A stretch of DNA of 64,000 bases from a virus. Its lineage: Duplodnaviria > Caudoviricetes. Shown here in pieces: positions 47,735-56,217 of this stretch. The notes beneath the pieces were generated by a model. The model was not told the DNA's origin, searched no databases, and saw nothing but the letters and a program-made list of their open reading frames with translations. The translations under genes and the position numbers were made by a program. The first letter of the stretch is position 1. Each line of letters begins with the position of its first letter. The stretch covers positions 11,012 to 75,011 of the IMG/VR virus record IMGVR_UViG_3300010366_000012; one strand, written 5' to 3'.

Positions 47735-48012
47735 GACTGCGCCCGCTTCCGGGCTGCGGCGCGGGCCGCATTCAGCCCGACCCTCGCGTAGCTCAGGTCG
47801 CGCGGGCTGCGGGTGATGTCGGCCGCCCAGCCGCTGCGCTCGATGCACCGGCACCGGGCCGGGGCCGCATCGTACTGCGCCCGGGTGACATACGCCGGGA
47901 CGATCCGCCCGGATGCCAGGCCCGAGCGGCCGGGGCCGCCCGAGCAGTCCAGGCGGCGGTGCAGCATGCCGCTCTTACCCTGCCAGACCGTCATGGTCCT
48001 CTGTGCTGCCAT
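47731..48012 (-). CDS. hypothetical protein
   Basis: repeated RBS AGGAGAAGGCAATG. Confidence 0.6.
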   Translation of the reverse strand: MAAQRTMTVWQGKSGMLHRRLDCSGGPGRSGLASGRIVPAYVTRAQYDAAPARCRCIERSGWAADITRSPRDLSYARVGLNAARAAARKRAQS

Positions 48013-48064
48013 TGCCTTCTCCTGAAAAGTCTTACGCGGGGGGCCGGAGCCCCCCGCTGGGGTG

Positions 48065-48385
48065 TTAGTTCTGCTGGCCGGTCAGGTACTCGTCCCAGCT
48101 CCGGCCGCTGGCGATCACGCTGGCGTAGATCCGGGCGTCCTCGGGGCTGCCGCCCCCGGCCACCCAGCTCATGCCCGCCTCGGCGTAGATCTCGGCGCGC
48201 TGCTCAGCCTGCAGCTGTGCGCTCACCGCGTAGCAGGCCCGGACCGCGGCCACGCTCTCGTGCCGGATCGTCCAGCTCAGATCGCGCGGGTGGTTGCCGC
48301 AGCGGATGCCAGTCTCGGTGTCCTCCGGCAGCCCGAAGCTGTCGTAGTTGTAGCCGCCCTGCTCGTCCCGCTCCAGGTCGATCAT
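48065..48385 (-). CDS. hypothetical protein
   Basis: own promoter (48447) and downstream hairpin. Confidence 0.65.
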   Translation of the reverse strand: MIDLERDEQGGYNYDSFGLPEDTETGIRCGNHPRDLSWTIRHESVAAVRACYAVSAQLQAEQRAEIYAEAGMSWVAGGGSPEDARIYASVIASGRSWDEYLTGQQN

Positions 48386-48471
48386 GTCTGCCTGTCTCCC
48401 TTGCCTTGTCCCTGTCTTACGGCTCCAGTCTACTTGGCAGAATCCATTCTGTCAACAGTCTGGCCGGGCTG

Positions 48472-48735
48472 CTATTTCGCACTCCGGGGGATGTAGCTCA
48501 GCCAGGTGACGCCATCGTTGAGCATCGACGTCATCGCCTCGCGGGTCATCACGGCGATCTCGGTGCGCTCGCCCGGGTACAGCTCGTGGTCCTCGTCCGG
48601 CGTCCAGCTGAACGAGCCCGCGCGCAGCTTCTCCGGCTCGCGGATGCGGTACAGCGCGAAGGTATGCAGGTTCTCGCCCTTGTCGGCGTCCTGCTCCGGC
48701 TCGAACCGGTAGGTGGTCTTGATCCGTCGTTCCAT
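48472..48735 (-). CDS. hypothetical protein
   Basis: RBS CAGGAGCAGGCAATG. Confidence 0.65.
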   Translation of the reverse strand: MERRIKTTYRFEPEQDADKGENLHTFALYRIREPEKLRAGSFSWTPDEDHELYPGERTEIAVMTREAMTSMLNDGVTWLSYIPRSAK

Positions 48736-48759
48736 TGCCTGCTCCTGTGCCTTGTCGGT

Positions 48760-49528
48760 GGTGCGCTCTCCCTGGACCGGGCTGGCGGTGCAGAGGTCGT
48801 CGGGGGTTGGCTATCCCGCTGAGGTGCGTGCCAGTGTCAGGTTGCCCCGCCTGCCCGCATGCCGCGGGCGGTTCGGAGCCCGGCTAGCGAGCGCCGGGGC
48901 AGCTGCCCTCAGTTCGGGCTGCGGCCAGCCCCCCGGGCAACGCGATGCCGGTGGCGGCTATGCCGTCCGCAGCCCTCCCCCGGCCAAGCCGTGGCCGGTA
49001 TGCCCTCTTAATCTCCGTGAGTCCTCACGGCCAGTGGGGCCTAGCTTCGGGAGTGATCCCGAACTGAAGGCAGCTGCCGAGAGGATCGAGCTGCTGGCTG
49101 CGTGCGTACACACTGACTGCCCGGCGTCTGTGACCGGCCACCAGCTAAGGGCGGTGCCCGCTCGATCGTCTCGGTGAGGGGGCCAGGGGATACCGCACCC
49201 CTGCCCTTGGGCGGGGGCTCTATCAGCCCTTGCGGGCTGGCGGCGACTTAGCTCCTTAGCAACCTGCCCCGCGCTCGCGTTCTCCCGCGGCCAGCAGGTG
49301 GGCCGGTGTTTTCCCTGGTCCCCTCAGGCGAGAGAGCCGGACCCGTGTTCCGCACGTTAACCCCCGATTACCGCCCCGCCGTTGCGGGCTCTCGCAGCAG
49401 TGCCTGCCCCTGGCTGGGTTAGCCATCCGAAGATGCAAGGTTCCCCAGTGCGGCGCGCTTACCCTTTCATCGGGTGCCGTACCGCCGTTCTGACGGTCCG
49501 GCTCTCTCGCTGTCCTCTATGCTGTTGT
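48760..49528 (-). ncRNA. candidate large structured ncRNA or leader (~770 nt)
   Basis: TTGACA-N18-TAAGCT promoter upstream; no credible ORF; 16-bp perfect and 20/21-bp long-range inverted repeats; cUUCGg and GCAA tetraloops on the - strand. Confidence 0.6.
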
Positions 49529-49560
49529 ACTTACAGCTTAGTCGGTGAATTGGGATTCTG

Positions 49561-49806
49561 TCAACAGTTGCGGTCCTTTCCAGGTATGACCTGCGTCACA
49601 CCCTGCCGCGGCCGAGCCCAGCGGCGCTGGCCGCGGCCCTCGCCCTCGCGGTTGTCCCGCGCCCGGCTGCCCATGCCCGGCCGTGGCCGGAACACCGGAC
49701 GCCGCTGGCTGATCCAGTCTGTCCCGTTGTGCTTCCGCTGGTGCGCCTCGAAGAGCGCATCGACCACCGGACGATTGCAGTCCGGGCAGGTGATGTACCC
49801 CTTCAC
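49561..49806 (-). CDS. small Zn-finger-like protein
   Basis: CPDC...H..KH. Confidence 0.5.
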   Translation of the reverse strand: MKGYITCPDCNRPVVDALFEAHQRKHNGTDWISQRRPVFRPRPGMGSRARDNREGEGRGQRRWARPRQGVTQVIPGKDRNC

Positions 49807-49812
49807 CCATTA

Positions 49813-49947
49813 TCACGCGGCCACAATCTCGATGTCGTAGCCCTGGCTCTCCACCAGCTCGGCCAGCGCGTCGATCTCGAACGCGGTCCAGGTGTCCTGG
49901 CCGTCCGCGTCCTCCCAGTAGGCCCCGTCCGCGATTATCTGAAACAT
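49813..49947 (-). CDS. 44-aa hypothetical protein (not in ORF track)
   Basis: RBS CAAGGAGAAGGCAGATG; MFQIIADGAYWED... Confidence 0.6.
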   Translation of the reverse strand: MFQIIADGAYWEDADGQDTWTAFEIDALAELVESQGYDIEIVAA

Positions 49948-50297
49948 CTGCCTTCTCCTTGTCCGTGCCTTCTGTCAACAGTCTACGTTATCGCAGCTCA
50001 GAAGGCAAATCGCCGCCCGGCCCCAAACGCCTAGGAGGGACCGGGCGGCTCAGCCTGGCCGGGGCAGCAAACTACGTTCCCGAGAGTCGCCTGAATCTCT
50101 GACAGCATGTCCGCTGTACTTGGTTGGTTGTTAGCTTGGCCAGGCTGTACTGACAGCGTAGCCTGGTCGATGCACCGCGTAAGCGGGGCAGGGCCATCAG
50201 CCCGGCCGCGCCTCTCGTGGTCAACCGTGAAAAGCGCCAGGCACCTGGCGGCTGCCGGGGGTTCCCGCTCTAGCGCTCGGGAGCCCCCGGTCACGTT

Positions 50298-50573
50298 TCA
50301 CCGGTTCGGCCCGCCGATCGACGGACCCTGGTAGACCACCCGGACCGGGGCGTCCTCCCCGGTGACTGCCACCCGCTGCAGTGGGCGCAGCGGCCCCGGC
50401 CCTCCGGTATCCCACGGGCGGTGCCTTCCCTGGCCGCGCCATGCCGAATCCAGGCCGTTAGGCCGCGGCGGCTGGCACATCCGCTGCGGGCATGTCGTCC
50501 AGCCGGGACAGCAGCCCAGGCAGTGCTTGCCGTCCGGGTCGCAGGACGGGTGCTCGGGCAGCTCGTCAGGCAC
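50298..50573 (-). CDS. Cys-rich hypothetical protein
   Basis: CDPDGKHCLGCCPGWTTC. Confidence 0.5.
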   Translation of the reverse strand: MPDELPEHPSCDPDGKHCLGCCPGWTTCPQRMCQPPRPNGLDSAWRGQGRHRPWDTGGPGPLRPLQRVAVTGEDAPVRVVYQGPSIGGPNR

Positions 50574-51021
50574 CGGGGTACCCCTGCTCAGCCTCGGCCT
50601 GGTCCTCCAGGTGCCACTCGGCGTTGGGGCAGCTGCCGTCCGCGCGCAGCGGGATGAGGCAGCGGTGCGGGTGGCTGCCCGCCACCCAGTCGGTGCAGTA
50701 GCCGCGCTCGGCCTCGGCTGCCAGCCCGTTCAGATCTTCCCCGGTGAGGAACCGGCCGCTGGCCGTGGTCCGCTCCCTGATCAGCGGGAGCAGCCGCTCG
50801 CCATCCGCGGTCAGCTGGTAGCGGGTCTGCTTGGGCATGCTCTCGATCGACACCAGCCCGATGCGCTTCAGCTGCCCGGCCATCCTGCTGACCATCTGCC
50901 AGGTCCAGGTGAGCTGCCCGGCCAGCGCCTGCGGCGTGACCGTGTTGCGGCCGAGCACGGTGATGAACCGCGCCTCGTGGGCGGTCAGCAGGTCGAGAGT
51001 GCCATCGTCTGCCGCGGTCAT
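50566..51021 (-). CDS. MarR-like winged-helix regulator with Cys/His tail
   Basis: VTPQALAGQL.....VSRM..QLKRIGLV......RYQLTADG. Confidence 0.7.
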   Translation of the reverse strand: MTAADDGTLDLLTAHEARFITVLGRNTVTPQALAGQLTWTWQMVSRMAGQLKRIGLVSIESMPKQTRYQLTADGERLLPLIRERTTASGRFLTGEDLNGLAAEAERGYCTDWVAGSHPHRCLIPLRADGSCPNAEWHLEDQAEAEQGYPGA

Positions 51022-51136
51022 GGCTGCCTCCGGTGCCGGGCCGCGCGTCCCTTGGACTTGCTCACCCGCTTGGTTGCTGTGCCCGCGTGCTTGGCCCGCT
51101 TGCGGCGCTGAAGCGGCAGCTGCCGCTTTCGCGCGC

Positions 51137-51424
51137 TCACGGCTGCCTCACCACCGGGACCGGGATGACCCAGCCGCGGCGGCGCTCCCCGGGCACGCCG
51201 GGGGCCACCCAGACCACCCAGTGGTCTGTCTCGAAGATGTAGAACGGCTGGGTGCGCGGTGCCTCGTCATCGGTGTCCACCTCGTGCGGGGGCGGCTCGC
51301 CGTCCTTGTTGAGCGTCTCGCGGATGAACCACATTTCGACCTGGCGGCGGTCCACCGTGCGCCCGTCCGGCCAGCTGTATGCCAGGTTGAGCGCGGTGGC
51401 CACCACCTGGTACCCGCCCCTCAT
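51137..51424 (-). CDS. hypothetical protein
   Basis: ATGA overlap, RBS AGGAGG. Confidence 0.55.
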   Translation of the reverse strand: MRGGYQVVATALNLAYSWPDGRTVDRRQVEMWFIRETLNKDGEPPPHEVDTDDEAPRTQPFYIFETDHWVVWVAPGVPGERRRGWVIPVPVVRQP

Positions 51425-51747
51425 GACTGGTCCTCCTGACCGAGGTAGGTCACCGTGCCCGTGCGGGGCGGCGGCGTCATCGTGATCCCGGCCCGCTCCG
51501 CGGCAGCCAGCACCTCGGGCACGCGGTCGGCCGCGTGGAACGGGTCGGGGTGCGGGGTCACCTGCCACTGGCGGACCTGCCGGATCGCCCAGGCGATGCC
51601 GTCCGCCTGGCCCTTCAGCAGCTGCCGCTGCCGGTGGGTCAGCTTCAGCCGGGTGTCCTCGGCGCGCTCCAGCCGGGAGACGCGCTCGCGCTCCAGCTCC
51701 CCGATGAAGGTGTCCTTGTCGCCGTAAGTCTCGTTCGTGATCTTCAT
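51421..51747 (-). CDS. hypothetical protein
   Basis: RBS AAGGAGAAGGAGAAGG. Confidence 0.6.
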   Translation of the reverse strand: MKITNETYGDKDTFIGELERERVSRLERAEDTRLKLTHRQRQLLKGQADGIAWAIRQVRQWQVTPHPDPFHAADRVPEVLAAAERAGITMTPPPRTGTVTYLGQEDQS

Positions 51748-51858
51748 GATCCTTCTCCTTCTCCTTGCCTGTGCCTATTGTGCCTTCCGATTCTGTCAAC
51801 AGCAAACGGGCCGGGGGATGTTCCCCGGCCCGCTTGCCTGCCCACCACCACGCGGGCC

Positions 51859-52887
51859 TTAGGCGGCGACCAGGACGCTGCGGAGCACGTCCAGGGTTGC
51901 CATGTCCTCCTTGTCGGTCGCGCCGCTGACGCGGTTCATGAAGTTCCGCTCCGGGCGGCTCATGCCCTTGACGGTCCGCTCGTGCTGGTTGAAGGTGCTG
52001 ATCGCCTGCATGACGCCGAAGCCGGTCCCGGTGAAGGGCGCGCACCGCGGGTCGTTCTTGTACAGGGCGGTCAGGCCGTCGTGCGCCTTGTCCCAGTTGG
52101 TCTGGCCGCGGCCAGCCTCGAACGGGCGCTCCTTGCCGAGGTGGGCGGCCACGAAATTCTCCCACTCCTTCTCGGACACCGGGGTGCAGAGCAGCTCGTC
52201 CAGCTCCTTGTTGACCGCATCCGAGCTGGCCTGCAGGATGCCGAGCGCGTCCCGCACATCCTGCGGCTTGACGTCGGTGCCTGCGCGGTGCGCGTACTTG
52301 ATCACTTGCGCGTCCCGCTCCCCGAGCATCGCGGACCAGGTGTTGTCACAGACCACGAGGGTCGAGCCGCGCTGGTAGCGGGTGCTCATGGAGCCGTCGA
52401 GCACGGTGGTGGCGGTGAAGTGCGGCCGGTGCTGAATGCCACCGGGGCCTTCGACCGTCTCGGGCAGCTCGATCTGGACCCAGGCGACCGCGCCCTTCTT
52501 CAGCAGGCCAGCTGAGCCGATGCCCATTTCGCCGTCATCGAGGATGGTGCTGGTGTTGTCGAGCAGCCACTGGGTGTACCCGTGGCTGATGGCGCGCTTG
52601 CCGACCACGCCCAGGACGTCGCCCGTCTCCGGGTGGACCCAGGTCTTGTGCGTCGGGACGGCCACGGTGAGGGTCCGGCCATGCGCCCGGTAGGTCGTCT
52701 TGACCTTGCCCTCGGCAGGCTCCCAGCTGAACAGCCGCCGCTTGACGTCGGCCACCGGGATCGCGCCGGGGTAGTGGTTGGGCTCGACGCCCTGCGCCGA
52801 CTCCAGGTAGTGCCAGGCGGTCCCGCGCTTGTCGGTGAACCCCTGCAGCGTCATGTTGTTCAGCCACTCGGCCGATTCTGCTGACAT
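51859..52887 (-). CDS. DUF932/DUF945 (phage/plasmid LGT-type) protein
   Basis: AWHY, DVLGVVG, SAGLLKKG..AW, DGS, T.VVCDNT motifs. Confidence 0.85.
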   Translation of the reverse strand: MSAESAEWLNNMTLQGFTDKRGTAWHYLESAQGVEPNHYPGAIPVADVKRRLFSWEPAEGKVKTTYRAHGRTLTVAVPTHKTWVHPETGDVLGVVGKRAISHGYTQWLLDNTSTILDDGEMGIGSAGLLKKGAVAWVQIELPETVEGPGGIQHRPHFTATTVLDGSMSTRYQRGSTLVVCDNTWSAMLGERDAQVIKYAHRAGTDVKPQDVRDALGILQASSDAVNKELDELLCTPVSEKEWENFVAAHLGKERPFEAGRGQTNWDKAHDGLTALYKNDPRCAPFTGTGFGVMQAISTFNQHERTVKGMSRPERNFMNRVSGATDKEDMATLDVLRSVLVAA

Positions 52888-53071
52888 GTCTTGCCTTCTC
52901 CCTGTCGGAAACTTGCTTACGCTCACGAGCATAGTTGACAGAATCCGTTCTGTCAACAGTGATCAAGGTATTTCTTCAAAGATTCCCGGCAGCACGAAGC
53001 CCCCGCCCTGTACCCATCGAGGCGGGGGCTCCGTACCGGCCCGGAAGCGGGTGCTGCGGGCCGGGCCTAAC

Positions 53072-54115
53072 TCAGCTGCCCCACGGCGGCTGCCCTGGTG
53101 CGCCTCCCATCCCGGGAGCCTGCTGCGGCGGTCCCTGCGCGGGGGCCTGCTGCGGCGGCATGCCGTTGGCCGGTCCCTGCGGGTAGCCCTGCGGGGGCGG
53201 GGCCTGCTGGCCCTGCGCCCCGGGCGGCGGGGCGAACTGCCCGATGCCACCGGGGCCGGGGCTGGCCTGGTTGTAGGTGCCCGGCTGCGGCGCATAGCCG
53301 CCCTGCGGCGGGCCGCCCTGCGGCGGGGCCTGCTGCGGGCCGGGGCCGGGGCCGTAGCCCTGCTGCGGGCCGCCCACAGCCTGTGGACCGGGCTGTGGAC
53401 CGGGGCCGGGAGCTGGCGCATACCCGCCCGCGGCCGGGCCAGCCTGCGCAGCCTGCGCGCCCTGCGCGGCCAGGATGCGCTTGACCTTGCTGCCGTAGTC
53501 GTCGTTCTTGACCCGCAGCATGACCGGCTTGTTCAGCATCATCTGGGCCACCTGCTCCTGGGTGATGCCCTGGTGCCAGTAGGGCACCTGCTGCGGCACG
53601 CCGGAGAACTTCTCGCCCACCGGGATGCCCATCGCGTGCAGCTCCCCGAACAAGATGCCCATCCCGGCCTTGTTCTCGGTCTGGTCGTTCTTGTACGGGC
53701 TGATCACCCGCGGCGTGGTGATCTTGGACCCGGCGTGCGGGCCGCCGTCGAACACGAAGGTGATCGTCCAGCCCATCTTCGTGCCGTCGTTGCTCGGCCC
53801 CCAGACCGACTCGATCGCGTGCCCGGGGTAGGTGCCCTCCTGGTAGTTGACCCCGGTCGGGTCGCCCATGTTGTAGTAGGCGTCCCACTCGGCAGGGCTG
53901 CCCGTGCCGGGCGATGCGCCGTACTGCGGCGCTCCGTACTGCTGCTGCGGTGCCCCGTAGCCTGGCTGCCCGCCGTAGCCGGGCTGCTGCCCGTACTGCT
54001 GCGCAGGCGGGCCTGCCTGGCCGTAGCCGGGCTGCCCGCCGTAGGGCTGCTGCTGACCGTAGCCAGGCTGGCCCTGTGGCCCCTGCGGGTAGGGGTTCTG
54101 ATAAGGCTGTCCCAT
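53072..54115 (-). CDS. probable ssDNA-binding protein (DUF669-like core) with Gln/Gly/Pro/Tyr-rich tails
   Basis: EGTYPGHAIES core, V.ND.YG..VKRI; follows the AAA ATPase. Confidence 0.55.
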   Translation of the reverse strand: MGQPYQNPYPQGPQGQPGYGQQQPYGGQPGYGQAGPPAQQYGQQPGYGGQPGYGAPQQQYGAPQYGASPGTGSPAEWDAYYNMGDPTGVNYQEGTYPGHAIESVWGPSNDGTKMGWTITFVFDGGPHAGSKITTPRVISPYKNDQTENKAGMGILFGELHAMGIPVGEKFSGVPQQVPYWHQGITQEQVAQMMLNKPVMLRVKNDDYGSKVKRILAAQGAQAAQAGPAAGGYAPAPGPGPQPGPQAVGGPQQGYGPGPGPQQAPPQGGPPQGGYAPQPGTYNQASPGPGGIGQFAPPPGAQGQQAPPPQGYPQGPANGMPPQQAPAQGPPQQAPGMGGAPGQPPWGS

Positions 54116-54131
54116 TGTCCTTCTCCTTCTC

Positions 54132-54959
54132 CTAACTGAGGACTTGCCGGACCATATCCGCGAGTGTCCACCCTGGCCACCCGGGATATGCGATCGTGAG
54201 CGCGCCCGGCAGCCGCCCGCCGACGCGCTCGCCCGTCTCGATGCTCGGGTGCGGGCCGATGATCATGTCGCGCCGCCCGTCAGGCTGCGCCTCGATCCAG
54301 GCCAGGATGTCAGGGTAGTACGGCACGTAATCCTTGCTCTGGCCCTGCAGCAGCGGACGCCATTTCTTGGCCCGGTCATCCCAGTGCGTGCCGCAGACCA
54401 GCGACACCGACCACACTGGCTTGACCGGGTGCGTGATCAGGTCGCGGTAGCCGCGCAGGGTCTGGTTGACCCAGCGCAGCATCGCATACCAGTGATCGCG
54501 CTCCATTTTCTTGTCAGCAGCCAGCTCGTCGGTGAACCGCTGCTGCATTTCGCTCACGCTGTCGAGCGTGACGCTGTTGAAGGGATGCTGCCCGCGCTCT
54601 AGGAAGTAGCGCATCGCCTTCAGGTCGCCGTAGGTCCGCGTGATCACGATGCAGGTGTCCCAGTAGCCCTCCGGGTTGCCCGGGGTGACCGCGCGTGGAT
54701 CACACGGCCAGGCAGGGCACGTCTCCCGGGCCGGTTCCCAGTAGACCTTGCGCGAGGGCGTCCAGAACGCCCCGCCCTCCAGGTCCATCGTCAGCCGCGG
54801 CGGCCAGCCAGAGTCCGCCACGCAGCTCTTGCCCTGCTTGGCGAACGCATGGAACAAGCAGCAGATGCCCTGCATGCGCCTGCCCGCTGGCTGCTGATGC
54901 CACTGGCCGTTCACAGCCTGGACGGCTTGCTGCGGCTGCTGGTAAGGCTGAACTGTCAT
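54132..54959 (-). CDS. AAA_24/Sak4-like recombination ATPase
   Basis: HAFAKQGKS, MDLEGG, VTLDSVSEMQ, PLLQGQ. Confidence 0.75.
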   Translation of the reverse strand: MTVQPYQQPQQAVQAVNGQWHQQPAGRRMQGICCLFHAFAKQGKSCVADSGWPPRLTMDLEGGAFWTPSRKVYWEPARETCPAWPCDPRAVTPGNPEGYWDTCIVITRTYGDLKAMRYFLERGQHPFNSVTLDSVSEMQQRFTDELAADKKMERDHWYAMLRWVNQTLRGYRDLITHPVKPVWSVSLVCGTHWDDRAKKWRPLLQGQSKDYVPYYPDILAWIEAQPDGRRDMIIGPHPSIETGERVGGRLPGALTIAYPGWPGWTLADMVRQVLS

Positions 54960-54991
54960 GCCTGCTCCCTGTCGGTGCCTGTCCCTACATC

Positions 54992-55177
54992 CTAGTCGCG
55001 CTTGCGACCGTAGTGGCGCAGCGCCTGCCGGACGTGGCGGCGGGCCGCGCCGTCCAGCTCCACGATGATCTTGATGTCCTCGTCGTGGGTGGTCAGGAAC
55101 ACGCCATCCTCGTCCTCGAACACCTCGACCGCGCCGCTGAGCCGCAGCGACCGCTCGCCATCGGTGACAATCGCCAT
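54992..55177 (-). CDS. hypothetical protein
   Basis: GTGATG overlap. Confidence 0.55.
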   Translation of the reverse strand: MAIVTDGERSLRLSGAVEVFEDEDGVFLTTHDEDIKIIVELDGAARRHVRQALRHYGRKRD

Positions 55178-56217
55178 CACTGGCCTGCCCTTCCGAGCTG
55201 TGCCTGGACCGCATCCAGGCCGCCCCTCGTGTACCGAGCGTATGGGTCGGCTCGGACAAACCGGTCGCCATCCTCCAGGGCTGCCGCCCATGCCGAGCCG
55301 TCATCCATCATGGGGCACAGCCCGCCCACCAGGGGGCAGGACCACCGGCAATCGTGCAAGATCGGCACCGGGCGGCAGATCCGCCGCTGCCAGTAGTTGA
55401 TTGCCTCGATGGTCCCGCCCTGCTGGTATGCCGCGCTCAGCTGCTGCCGTGCGCTCAGGATCTCGCTGGCTACCTGCTGGGTGCTGAGCAGGTGGCTGGC
55501 CAGCTGCTCGGCGGTGTACCGGAACGGGTGCCGGTCATAGTAGGGCGGCTTGGACTGCTTGGTCCGTTTGACCCGGCGCAGCGTGTTGACGATGCCCCCG
55601 TTGACCAGCGGCCGGTTCGACTCCAGCTGCGGCAGCTCCCCGGGCACCGGGATGCCGTAGTTGATTAGCCACTGGATCAGCGCATACGTTTTCATCTGCG
55701 GGTCCATTTCGATCACCTCGTGGCGCTCGAAGCTGTCCGCGGTCTTGTGGTCGAGGAAGCTGAACCAGCCCGTCTCGGTGTCCCAGGTGACCTGATCGAG
55801 CTTGCCGCGCAGGTACACGCCCTCGAAGCCGGGCAGCGGCACCGCGACGTCGGCCTCGGTGAGCACCACCTTCAGCGTGGCGTCCAGGCTCTTATCGCGC
55901 ACCTCGTCCAGGTAGCCAGCGACCATGATCTTCGCCAGCTCCCAGTCGCTGCGCAGCTCCTTCTCGAACTCCGGGTGCTCGGTGATCTCGGCCCGGTACA
56001 GCAGGTCGAGCACCAGGCCCGGGTCCAGGCCGTAGCCGTAGTGGCCTTCGAGCGCGGTATGCACCCGGATGCCGAGCTGCCGGTTGCCGTGCGGCGCTTC
56101 ATCGGCGGGCAGGAAGCACAGGAAGTGCTCCACGAACCACCGCCTGGGGCAGCGTTTCCACTGCTGCAGCTCGGTGTTGGAGAGCCCGATGGCTCCCTCA
56201 GGCAGGGATGCTGACAT
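55177..56217 (-). CDS. PD-(D/E)XK Cas4/RecB-like exonuclease
   Basis: S.TELQQWKRCPRRW, G..VH.ALE, GKLD, LDHKT, QMKTY, C.W.CP. Confidence 0.85.
   Translation of the reverse strand: MSASLPEGAIGLSNTELQQWKRCPRRWFVEHFLCFLPADEAPHGNRQLGIRVHTALEGHYGYGLDPGLVLDLLYRAEITEHPEFEKELRSDWELAKIMVAGYLDEVRDKSLDATLKVVLTEADVAVPLPGFEGVYLRGKLDQVTWDTETGWFSFLDHKTADSFERHEVIEMDPQMKTYALIQWLINYGIPVPGELPQLESNRPLVNGGIVNTLRRVKRTKQSKPPYYDRHPFRYTAEQLASHLLSTQQVASEILSARQQLSAAYQQGGTIEAINYWQRRICRPVPILHDCRWSCPLVGGLCPMMDDGSAWAAALEDGDRFVRADPYARYTRGGLDAVQAQLGRAGQ

Larger units (their letters stand above)
8914..50155. promoter_or_regulatory. seven copies of TGT(A/C)AGTACA, candidate GntR/HutC-type operator
   Basis: 8914, 8933, 33498, 39280 (+); 39521, 49526, 50146 (-); essentially all intergenic or at gene ends. 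Confidence 0.55.
42897..52959 (-). promoter_or_regulatory. nine copies of CTGTTGACAGAA promoter/operator element
   Basis: + strand TTCTGTCAACAG at 42897, 43811, 45893, 47300, 48447, 49556, 49970, 51791, 52948; six give TTGACA-N17/18-TAnnCT. Confidence 0.9.

Noticed and set aside
48760-49528. Group II intron, tmRNA, RNase P RNA or tRNA identity for the structured region
   Set aside because: No domain V, tag-peptide/tRNA-like ends, RNase P consensus or cloverleaf recognised.
55177-56217. Cas4 as evidence of a CRISPR system or as the array effector
   Set aside because: Sits in a standard exonuclease-Sak4-SSB recombination module; Cas4-like nucleases are common in phages. A role in guide acquisition is not excluded, but nothing here supports it.
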